Source: Christensenella sp. (GTDB lineage Bacteria; Bacillota; Clostridia; Christensenellales; UBA3700). From it: a DNA stretch of 64,000 bases. The stretch lies in assembly GCA_022784465.1 (NCBI GenBank), contig JALFUR010000010.1, forward strand, positions 256,856-320,855. Reading direction: 5' to 3'. The position numbers and the translations under genes were made by a program. Shown here in pieces: positions 20,640-28,402 of this stretch (positions are counted from its first letter, which is position 1; each line of letters begins with the position of its first letter). The notes beneath the pieces were generated by a model. It was not told where the DNA came from and ran no database searches. It saw nothing but the letters and a program-made list of their open reading frames with translations.

Positions 20640-21521
20640 TTAACCGTAATATTCTACATCGTCATCAAATGCTTCAACGTCAAACCAGAAATTAATTGTA
20701 CACTTTCCGCCTAAAATATCATTTACGCATTGTTGGTCTGTTCCTTCAAACCAAATAACTACTGTAAATTTCTTTTGTTGAGCATGAGATAGTTCTCTAC
20801 CAGTTTCTTTCATTACATAGAAACCGTCATATTCGTCATCTTCTGTATATACTTCTCCTAAGAAAGGAGTAGTTGTTGGGACTTGTAGCAATGGATACGA
20901 CACATTAAGCTCACTTAGAGTCAATCCAACTTGAGATTCTTTACAATCGTCATACGCTACATATTCTGCCGTTCCATCGGCTTTAGCTTGTGCATAAACC
21001 TTAGTATTGCTTGGCCTATTTTCCACATCATCCTCGTCTTCAATAATCATTACTCTAATTGCTGACGCGGTATTTAATGTGTTTTTAACAATTTCAACAC
21101 CCATTGTATATGTACATTTTCTTGTAGGGCTATTGTTAACTAAATAGAAACTATATGCAATATATGAAGCGCCGTGGTGTCCACCTTCGTAGCCAAATAT
21201 ATCTGCTTCCATATTTAGCCATGTGTAGGTATATGCGCCCAAGTCTTCTGGTCCTTCCATATTAATGTTTGTCGTCCTATCCTCAGGTTTTGAATCCTTA
21301 ATTTTAGATAAAGAAAGACCCTCGTTTATATTACTTTCTTTTATAGAAATTTGCATAGAGTTAGCATTAATAAAAGTCAAAACACCATATGTTCCACCTG
21401 TTAAAAGTAGCGTAACCAATAAAACAACAATAATAACCTTTGTTGCAGTACGTGTTTTACTTGCAGCCTTGATCATTTTGTTCTTAATAATAGCGTCTTG
21501 TTCTTTCTTTGTTAATGCCAT
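20640..21521 (-). CDS. TasA/camelysin-like secreted or membrane-anchored protein (293 aa) with an N-terminal cytoplasmic extension
   Basis: About 25-aa basic N-region, then TM VIIVVLLVTLLLTGGTYGVLTF. The C-terminal FTVVIWFEGTDQQCVNDILGGKCTINFWF resembles the TasA/camelysin C-terminal F.F.DNG.DQN.FQGD...F pattern (recalled from memory). Confidence 0.5.
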   Translation of the reverse strand: MALTKKEQDAIIKNKMIKAASKTRTATKVIIVVLLVTLLLTGGTYGVLTFINANSMQISIKESNINEGLSLSKIKDSKPEDRTTNINMEGPEDLGAYTYTWLNMEADIFGYEGGHHGASYIAYSFYLVNNSPTRKCTYTMGVEIVKNTLNTASAIRVMIIEDEDDVENRPSNTKVYAQAKADGTAEYVAYDDCKESQVGLTLSELNVSYPLLQVPTTTPFLGEVYTEDDEYDGFYVMKETGRELSHAQQKKFTVVIWFEGTDQQCVNDILGGKCTINFWFDVEAFDDDVEYYG

Positions 21522-21527
21522 TTTTCC

Positions 21528-22244
21528 CTATTTTTGACTATTTATATATTCTTCTATAGCCTTTTTCTTTATTTGCTCTTCTAATTCTTTTTGCTTATTT
21601 TGTTGCTCTAAAAGTTGTTTTAGTTCCTCTTCTTGTTCTTTCTTTAGTTTCTCCTCTCTTGCTTTTGTATTTTCTTTAACAAAAATAACAATTTGCCAAA
21701 TCATAATAGCAAATAGCGGTATAACTATTACTGTAACGAACCCGTACCACTTAGACAAGAATCTTGCAAGAGTAGAAATAAAACTGCTTGTTCCCACAAT
21801 TTTACCTTGTATATTATCTACAGGAATAGGAACCCTATCGTCAGGAGATCCTAGTTTATCTCCTCTTGTTTTTACATACCATGTATCTGTTTTTTCATCA
21901 TAGTAAGGGTCTTCTACTATTCTATGAGTTACAGTATATCCCTCTAAACGGTTGTCTTTATCAAAACCATATGGTGCTATAAAAGCTATGACATCTCCTG
22001 CTTTATACTCTTGTGGCGTTGGGTCTTTATCCGCCTTACAAATAACCACATCGCCAACGTTGTAAGTTCCCGTCATAGAATCTGTTACAACCCTATATGT
22101 AGAATATCCAAATAAATTTGGAGTTTGTCCACATATTTTTTGTGCAAGTATTGTTAGTAAACATCCTACCAAAAATAGAATGATTACCCACTGCAAAACC
22201 TTTAGAGCAACATATATATGTTTTTTTACTGTTTTACTGCTCAT
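21528..22244 (-). CDS. sipW: Signal peptidase I, SipW (archaeal/ER) type, paralog 1, with C-terminal TM segment and coiled-coil tail
   Basis: N-terminal TM, Ser box RVVTDSMTGTYNVGDVVICK, His box VTHRIVED, second TM (FVTVIVIPLFAIMIWQIVIFV), K/E-rich tail. Start overlaps the upstream gene by 11 nt. Confidence 0.75.
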   Translation of the reverse strand: MSSKTVKKHIYVALKVLQWVIILFLVGCLLTILAQKICGQTPNLFGYSTYRVVTDSMTGTYNVGDVVICKADKDPTPQEYKAGDVIAFIAPYGFDKDNRLEGYTVTHRIVEDPYYDEKTDTWYVKTRGDKLGSPDDRVPIPVDNIQGKIVGTSSFISTLARFLSKWYGFVTVIVIPLFAIMIWQIVIFVKENTKAREEKLKKEQEEELKQLLEQQNKQKELEEQIKKKAIEEYINSQK

Positions 22245-23838
22245 TATCTACGTTTTCAATATTTGCATATACAACAGCCTCATCCATTTCTTCGCCTGCT
22301 GTATGCTTTGCAAGTTGTGCATCTAATTGTTCTAAGCGCTTTGTTTCTCTCTCTTCCGCTTTTTTCGCTGCAATTTGTTCTCTTTCTAAGGTCTTTTCTC
22401 TCTTTTGTCTTGCTCTTAAAATCATAGACTTTTCTTTTTCTATTTGAGCAATCAACCTTTCTGCTAATTGTTCTTTGCTATATGACTTATCCAAAACGGC
22501 TGTTGTCTTTGTTGCCGCATTTTCCATCTTAACTTTCTCTAAGACTCTATCAATAGCTTTATTAATACGAGACATTTCAGCTTTTGTTAAAGTTAACTCT
22601 TCCGCAGTTCTCTGGAAAACATCTCTTGTTTCTTCTATAAGTCCTATCTCTTCTGGAATCTCAAACTCTTCGTCCTCGTCTTCCTCTTCTTCCTCTATAT
22701 CTTCTTGATCTTCCTCGTCCTCTTCCTCTTCTTCTTCGTCCTTCTTTTCTTGAATCTCCTCAGGAATGGTGTCTTGATCTATAGCTTCTTCTATTTCTTT
22801 TTCTTCTTCAGATTTTGTCTCTTCCTCTTTTTCTTCTTCTTTTTTCTCTTCTTCTTGTTTTTCCTCTTCAACTTTATCTTTTTCTTCCATATTTGATTCG
22901 TTAAAGAAAGCAGTATCTTCCGTTTTACCTTCAATCAAACCTTGCATTAACATAGAGCCAAGACATATCATGTCTTGAACACCAGTCATAAGTTCTGCAT
23001 CCATGTTGTAAGGTTTAACATCGTTTTCAACTGAGAATCCCATCTTTGTATACGATTCAACAAACTGCCACAAAACAAGCGCTTTTTTAAAGTCTGGGTT
23101 TTTCAAAATAACGTTAGTTCTAGTTATTGGTGGTCTAATTGGTGCAGATCCTACCATTTGCTTTGCAAATGGAGAAGACAAGAAATCTAAGATAATTCTC
23201 TGTATTTTTGCAATTCTTTCAACTACAGATAAATCTTCCTTTTGCATTGATTTAACTTCATCTATTGGTAAAGCACCAATTAAATCTAATTTATAAAATA
23301 TTCTTGTTTTTCCTGTAAATATAGAAGTATCTACATTAAGCTCCATAACGTTATCGTTAATATATGCAGCTTTAATAGCGTCCATACGACGAGTTACGAA
23401 ATTGTTAAGATTCTTTAAAAGTGTATAGATAAATCTGTTTTCATAAACCTCGAAACTTTCCTCTTTTGTAACATTTAGAATCTTATTTGGAGTAACCATT
23501 CCGTCTTCGTCAACACTAGAGATAAAGTTTGTATGTTGAGCAAGGTGTTTAACAGATTCAGTAGATATAGCTCTTGCTAAAGAGATATCTACGATATCTT
23601 CTTCTTGTACAATGAACTTTCTTGGATTTCTAACGATATTATCTAAAGAAACAATACTATCTTCTATTACCTCTACCCATTCAAGGTCAAAAGTTTTTGT
23701 TCTTGTTTTTTTACTTAATTTAATTAAAGGTCTTGCAACTCTCAATTTCTTTTGAAAGTCTGCATAGAATTGCTCAGATTTAAGCATTTTGTTGATATTC
23801 TCAACATATTGATTATACTTTGCTCTATCCTCGTTCAT
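22234..23838 (-). CDS. McrC N-terminal (DUF2357)-like protein lacking a recognisable nuclease domain; long acidic low-complexity tract plus K/E coiled-coil C-terminus (534 aa)
   Basis: IVRNPRKFIVQEEDIV...ESFEVYENRFIYTLLKNLNNFV resembles the DUF2357/McrC-N pattern (..RxPxxxL...DTxENRFxK). I found no PD-(D/E)xK-like motif. There is a ~90-aa E/D/K tract and then heptad-like K/E/R repeats. It starts 22 nt after the McrB-like gene. Confidence 0.5.
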   Translation of the reverse strand: MNEDRAKYNQYVENINKMLKSEQFYADFQKKLRVARPLIKLSKKTRTKTFDLEWVEVIEDSIVSLDNIVRNPRKFIVQEEDIVDISLARAISTESVKHLAQHTNFISSVDEDGMVTPNKILNVTKEESFEVYENRFIYTLLKNLNNFVTRRMDAIKAAYINDNVMELNVDTSIFTGKTRIFYKLDLIGALPIDEVKSMQKEDLSVVERIAKIQRIILDFLSSPFAKQMVGSAPIRPPITRTNVILKNPDFKKALVLWQFVESYTKMGFSVENDVKPYNMDAELMTGVQDMICLGSMLMQGLIEGKTEDTAFFNESNMEEKDKVEEEKQEEEKKEEEKEEETKSEEEKEIEEAIDQDTIPEEIQEKKDEEEEEEDEEDQEDIEEEEEDEDEEFEIPEEIGLIEETRDVFQRTAEELTLTKAEMSRINKAIDRVLEKVKMENAATKTTAVLDKSYSKEQLAERLIAQIEKEKSMILRARQKREKTLEREQIAAKKAEERETKRLEQLDAQLAKHTAGEEMDEAVVYANIENVDNEQ

Positions 23839-23860
23839 CTATTTCCCTCGTGCACTTATA

Positions 23861-25405
23861 TTAGAACAACTTCTTCAATCTCATTAAGTATTCCTTACAT
23901 TCTGACATATTCTCTTCACCAAAGTGATCAGATAAATATTGTATATATGCGTCAATTTCATCACGAATGAAACCTAAGTTCAATGATTCAAACTTACGCA
24001 AAATCTTATTACACAAAACGTAATCTAGTCCATCAATCTCTGTACCGCCACATGCAACATATACAGGAACGAATTCACGCAACTGCTTAACAATACGGTT
24101 ACCAAATGCCAAACGGAAGTGTTCAATAACATAATCATCCATTTCTTCGAATTTTTTTAAATTCTCATCAGATACTTTATGCTCTTCTTGTGCTTTTGCA
24201 AATAATGCTTCAAGTGTCTTATAGTTAACAGGGAAATTCTCTGTTAATGGTGCATCAAAAGCTGCTGCTTTTGAGTTAATGTTTATAGGCATACCTCTAT
24301 CGTAAACCTTATCTGAAATAGCGAATGTAGAGTCGTCGTTATTAGCTGTTCCTACATACCACATGTTTTCTGGTAATCTAAAACGTCCTTTTTCTATATG
24401 AATCGGATCGGATGGCCAACCAGATGGTACTAAGTCAATAATCCATTGTGCTCTAGATGGCATTTCCAAAATAGACAACATTTCAGCGAAATAATACTCA
24501 ACACGCGCGATATTCATTTCGTCTAGAACTGTTATATATACATCGTTTGTATAAGTAGCTTCATACATTTTCTTTAAAACTTCGGTTTCGTTGAAACGCT
24601 TAGTGAATTCGTTGAAATAACCGAAAATTTCGGTTCTATCACGCCATGACGGTTGAACAGATGTGATTGTTGTTGGATTATTAAAAAAGTGTCCTAAACA
24701 TTCTGGCAAAGATGTTTTACCTGTACCTGAAATACCTTGAAGAATAATAAGTCTACTTGTTGCCATACTAGCTATAAATAAACGAATAATCTTAATCTCA
24801 TAATACAACTTACGCCAAGGTCTTTCTGGATTATTTGCAGCATAGAATCTAATTCTATCGCAAAGCTGCTCTAGAGTGAAATTATCGTCATATTCTCTAA
24901 CAGGAGCATTTGGACCATTGTATATTTCGTCAACTTCTGTTAATTTATAGAAACGACTTTCTTTATGAACAACACCCTCTTCTCCTTCTTTCTTTTCAGC
25001 ATTTTCATCCGCAGTATCTTCAAGTAACCCTTCATTTCCATATCCAGTTACTTTCATACCTAAAATCTTATCTTTTTCTTGATTAAGTTTAATAATTTGT
25101 CTTTTTAAATTGTGAATTTCATCAACAAGATCCTGGTTAACAACCCTCGATCTTAATTTTCCAGCAAATCTAACAAGCCCCCATACAACAAGCCAGATAA
25201 TACCAACTAATACGATAACAACAGCAAGAACAATTAAAATAGCTACCGCCCAATTTCCTCCAGTCCATGTGCTACTATATTTTACAAAAGTAGCATAATA
25301 ATTTGGGAAATTGAACATGTTATATATTCCTCTAAAAATCCCTAAAAAAATCTCGCTAATTCCGCCCCATAGGACGCCTAGAAAATCCTTAATAAAATCT
25401 GTCAT
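23861..25405 (-). CDS. Membrane-anchored McrB-family AAA+ NTPase (GTPase-type motifs), 514 aa
   Basis: N-terminal hydrophobic segments (WAVAILIVLAVVIVLVGIIWLVVWGLV). Walker A LQGISGTGKTS. VQPSWRDRTEIFGY (cf. McrB FHxSYSYEDF). VLDEMNIARVEYYFAEMLSILE (cf. DEINRANxxxxFGELxxLLE). LPENMWYVGTANNDDSTFAISDKVYDRG (cf. GTMNTADRS..D.ALRRRF, contains NxxD). Confidence 0.7.
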   Translation of the reverse strand: MTDFIKDFLGVLWGGISEIFLGIFRGIYNMFNFPNYYATFVKYSSTWTGGNWAVAILIVLAVVIVLVGIIWLVVWGLVRFAGKLRSRVVNQDLVDEIHNLKRQIIKLNQEKDKILGMKVTGYGNEGLLEDTADENAEKKEGEEGVVHKESRFYKLTEVDEIYNGPNAPVREYDDNFTLEQLCDRIRFYAANNPERPWRKLYYEIKIIRLFIASMATSRLIILQGISGTGKTSLPECLGHFFNNPTTITSVQPSWRDRTEIFGYFNEFTKRFNETEVLKKMYEATYTNDVYITVLDEMNIARVEYYFAEMLSILEMPSRAQWIIDLVPSGWPSDPIHIEKGRFRLPENMWYVGTANNDDSTFAISDKVYDRGMPININSKAAAFDAPLTENFPVNYKTLEALFAKAQEEHKVSDENLKKFEEMDDYVIEHFRLAFGNRIVKQLREFVPVYVACGGTEIDGLDYVLCNKILRKFESLNLGFIRDEIDAYIQYLSDHFGEENMSECKEYLMRLKKLF

Positions 25406-25471
25406 CGTATATATCTCTCTCTTTATAATTGTTTCATATACGCGGGCTCGTGCACCCGAATAAATGATATG

Positions 25472-25501
25472 AACTAGCCCTAAGAATGCTTAGGACTAGT
25501 T
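25472..25501 (-). terminator. Hairpin downstream of the major-subunit gene (attenuator/terminator)
   Basis: 13-bp stem with one mismatch (AACTAGCCCTAAG / CTTAGGACTAGTT) and a 4-nt loop, 22 nt after the stop at 25523. Followed by a moderately U-rich stretch and a GC-rich mini-hairpin (25442..25458). Confidence 0.55.
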
Positions 25502-25522
25502 TAAAGACGGTTATGTGGTTAA

Positions 25523-26449
25523 TTAAGCATTTTTTGATGTGAATGCGTATCTAATTGTGAATGTTGCATTGGCAGCAGAAGCATCGGCTGTCCATCCATC
25601 AATCCATGTATAAATTGCTAGGTTAACATAATCATTTCTAGCAATATTACCAAAATCTACTTCATATGTAACATATGTATTGTTTGTAACTAATCCCATA
25701 TTAGTTTCGTCTTGATTAGGAGTTTCCCCTACAGTAGTAAAGTAAGTTGTCAAGTTTGGGTTAGTATAATTAAATTCACTAGCATTTGTATCTGTTGCTG
25801 TTTTCAATGTAGAACCGCTTGGAGATACATATCCAGAACTTGCACTAGAAGCAATCTCTGCGCCTGATTCTGCACCAGATGTTATACCTTCTACCCAATC
25901 ATATCCATTTGTTGCATATAATCCCTTATCATTGCAAATTGCAAACTTTGTTGCAGCTGCTGCGTAAAATGAAGAGGTTGATGCTTTGCTACCATCCGCT
26001 AAAACAAGAACAACTTTCAAAACTAGATGTTTTTGAGCATCTTTTGCAGTATTAACAACCCTAATAAAAGCTGGGTCCTTTGCAACGGCATTACCGTTTT
26101 GCGTTACCGTTCCACCGCTCTTTGTTGCTGTATAGAAAGTTGCTCCGTCTGCATAAGTTGCTTGCAAAGCTTTTGAAATTTTTGTATTAATAGCCGCAAT
26201 AGGTGAATACAATCCAGCAAACGCCTTATCTGAAATATCGATTTGGTCTGAAGATGCTCCTGCAAACGAAACGGTTGAACCAGTTTTATTACCTAAAACT
26301 AGAGCCCAATCTGCTGATGCTTGTGTAGTCATATTAACATTAGCTACAGCAATTGATGAAGCAGAGAACCATGCATATGTAGCTGTAGACAATGCTACTA
26401 CTACAACCACTATCATTGCGATAGTTGTAATTAATGTGCTTTTTTTCAT
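25523..26449 (-). CDS. TasA/camelysin-like candidate major fibre subunit with SipW-class signal peptide (309 aa from the corrected start)
   Basis: Corrected start MKKSTLITTIAMIVVVVVALSTATYAWFSASS at 26449, preceded by AGGAGA 8 nt upstream. The track ORF start at 26572 adds 41 basic residues with no RBS. C-terminal YVNLAIYTWIDGWTADASAANATFTIRYAF parallels the 293-aa paralog. It has its own promoter and terminator. Confidence 0.6.
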   Translation of the reverse strand: MKKSTLITTIAMIVVVVVALSTATYAWFSASSIAVANVNMTTQASADWALVLGNKTGSTVSFAGASSDQIDISDKAFAGLYSPIAAINTKISKALQATYADGATFYTATKSGGTVTQNGNAVAKDPAFIRVVNTAKDAQKHLVLKVVLVLADGSKASTSSFYAAAATKFAICNDKGLYATNGYDWVEGITSGAESGAEIASSASSGYVSPSGSTLKTATDTNASEFNYTNPNLTTYFTTVGETPNQDETNMGLVTNNTYVTYEVDFGNIARNDYVNLAIYTWIDGWTADASAANATFTIRYAFTSKNA

Positions 26450-26512
26450 AATTTTTCGTCTCCTTTTATGAATTTTGTATTTTTTTATGTGCTTGAAATA
26501 AAAATACATGCT

Positions 26513-26541
26513 TTTATAAACTTTTAGATGCCTTTTGTAAA
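26513..26541 (-). promoter_or_regulatory. Sigma-A-like promoter for the major-subunit gene
   Basis: Minus strand: TTTACA, 17-nt spacer, TATAAA, about 65 nt upstream of the ATG at 26449. A 7-bp inverted repeat TTTGTAA/TTACAAA overlaps the -35. Confidence 0.5.
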
Positions 26542-26603
26542 CAAACCACCGTCTTACAAATTTGTTTAACATTGCATGCAGTTATATTTCTTTATAGCCT
26601 TAT

Positions 26604-27734
26604 TTATTTTTTCTTTTTTGTTGGACGAGAAACGTTAAGTTTAATAACATTTGCTCCTCTAACAATTTCTTTATCTTTATCTGTAGATTTTTTCAAACCT
26701 GCAAATTCTTCATTTGATGTTGCAACCTGACCAGCTTTTAGTTTTAATGCTTTTTTCTTTTCTTCTTCAATTTTTTGTTGTCTTTCTTTTTCTAGTCTTT
26801 GCGCTTCTTTTTCCTTTTCTAAAGCTTCTTGTTCAAGTCTCAATTGTTTTTCACGTTCTCTTTCTGCAACTTTTTTAGCAGCTGCTGCTGCAAGTCTTGC
26901 TTTTATTTCGTCCCTTTGAGAAGTTACTTCAATTACAACATTTTCTTCTTTTTCTGTTTTCTTATCCTCTACTGATGGAGCATTTTCTGCTTGAACAATA
27001 TATGTTTTTTTGTCTTCTACAGCTTCATCTTTTGATGCTGTAACAAAAGCGTCAACTTTTCTTTTTGGTCTAGAAAATGCAGATCCTGAGAATATTGTTA
27101 TATTATTATCAATAAACATATCAATATTGTTTTTATCTTTAACATTTCCAACAACCATAGTTATATTGTTTGCTTTTGTCAATTGAGACAAGATAGATAA
27201 CAATCCTTTATTGCTTGAATTGTAATATCTATAATCAAGCAAAAAATAACTTGCAGGATATTTTGTCAATACATCAACCGGAGCCTTATCTACACCTTCA
27301 ATCATAATTGTTGCACCAATGCTTGTTAAAAACTTTAACCCAGCAAGAGCTGCTTTATCTCCAAATTTTTCTAGTTGATAAATATCAAAGCACAAAATTA
27401 AATTTGGTTGCAAAATTGATCCCAATCTATGAACGTTGCCTTCTGCTAGTAGTTTAGCTGAAGCCTTGTAGATAAAAATCTGATCGAAATATTTCCTATA
27501 GTCTTTTTCAAAGTTCTTTAACGCTAAAAAATTCAACGTTACAATTCTATTTGAAGTTTCTGCTGTTGGTCCATATTGCCATGGATACATAGAACCAAGA
27601 ACATCATCTTCTAACACCTGCCATACTTCCAAAAATTGTAATTGAGATTCTTCGTTGTAGTATGGGTTGTAATAGTAGGTAATAGGATTTTTTACAGCAC
27701 TTTTAGATTTTGCTTTTGCACTTTTTGTCGACAT
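26604..27734 (-). CDS. Degenerate (probably catalytically inactive) EAL-domain-like protein with C-terminal K/E-rich coiled coil (376 aa)
   Basis: The order and spacing of EAL blocks is kept but catalytic residues are replaced. LEVWQ..(EALxRW); PWQYGPTAETSNRIVTLNFLAL (P.eFi.lAEe.gli..l). LKFLTSIGATIMIEGVDKAPVDVLTKYPASYFLLDYRYY (L+..G..iaiDDFGtGyssl..L..lp.d.lKiD). ITMVVGNVKDKNN...IFSGSAFSRP (viAEGVE...QGy.fs.P). Confidence 0.45.
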   Translation of the reverse strand: MSTKSAKAKSKSAVKNPITYYYNPYYNEESQLQFLEVWQVLEDDVLGSMYPWQYGPTAETSNRIVTLNFLALKNFEKDYRKYFDQIFIYKASAKLLAEGNVHRLGSILQPNLILCFDIYQLEKFGDKAALAGLKFLTSIGATIMIEGVDKAPVDVLTKYPASYFLLDYRYYNSSNKGLLSILSQLTKANNITMVVGNVKDKNNIDMFIDNNITIFSGSAFSRPKRKVDAFVTASKDEAVEDKKTYIVQAENAPSVEDKKTEKEENVVIEVTSQRDEIKARLAAAAAKKVAEREREKQLRLEQEALEKEKEAQRLEKERQQKIEEEKKKALKLKAGQVATSNEEFAGLKKSTDKDKEIVRGANVIKLNVSRPTKKKK

Positions 27735-28402
27735 ATAAACCCTCCTAACCTATTATTACTACATTTTGATGTATTTTCATTTTAGCGATTTTATTAAATG
27801 CTGTCAATCTTCTTATTATTATAATAAGTCTATAAAACGCATATTTTATTAAAATTTTAAGTTTTTTTTAAGACCATTTTTTGGTTTTAAATAGCAAAAA
27901 AAACAATACATATTATGCAATTTTACAATTTTGAAAGAGATTAAAAAATTATCAAAAATTTCGTTTGTAAAATTTTTTTGACATATTTTTTACATAAAAT
28001 TCTTTACCATATTGTCCATAATAACTTGTGTTTTGTGAATAAAATTTTGCAATTTTTTTCAACAATTTTGCATAAAACAACAAAATATTGTGTTAGAAAA
28101 ATTCAAGACCACAATTTGTTGGGATTATTGTTCTTGTAGTCTTAAGAAAATTTTTTAAATGCTTCACAATTTTTAATTAATGTAAAATTTTTTGGAATTT
28201 TTAATAATTTTGTTAAAAGATATCATGCATAAATTGTCCTTTTTTCTACAAAAAGCCTGGGGTTAAGAAAATTTTCTTTTAAAATAACCTTAAATTCTAT
28301 AATTATCTTTTTTTATATATATTTTTTATTTATTGATTTTTATTTATCCGTATTATATAATTTATTTACAAAAAAATATAAATTATAACTAGGAGGTTAT
28401 TT

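Noticed and set aside
22475-22896. Plus-strand ORFs encoding poly-Ser / poly-Phe peptides (22475..22708, 22705..22896)
   Set aside because: Antisense translation of the GAA/GAG/AAA-rich acidic tract of the McrC-like gene; an artefact of codon repetition.
22700-22900. Acidic-tract DNA (GAA/GAG/GAT runs) as a possible tandem repeat or microsatellite
   Set aside because: The repetition is irregular at the nucleotide level and is explained by Glu/Asp/Lys codon bias within a coding low-complexity region.
22234-25405. Interpretation as a conventional McrBC type IV restriction system
   Set aside because: The McrB-like protein has a membrane anchor instead of a DNA-binding N-domain. The McrC-like protein lacks any PD-(D/E)xK motif that I can find. 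The pair is translationally coupled to signal-peptidase and fibre genes.
26450-26572. N-terminal 41-aa extension (MLNKFVRRWFVYKRHLKVYK...) of the track ORF 25523..26572
   Set aside because: Basic, Tyr/Lys-rich translation of AT-rich promoter DNA with no RBS. The internal ATG at 26449 has AGGAGA at correct spacing and gives a canonical signal peptide.
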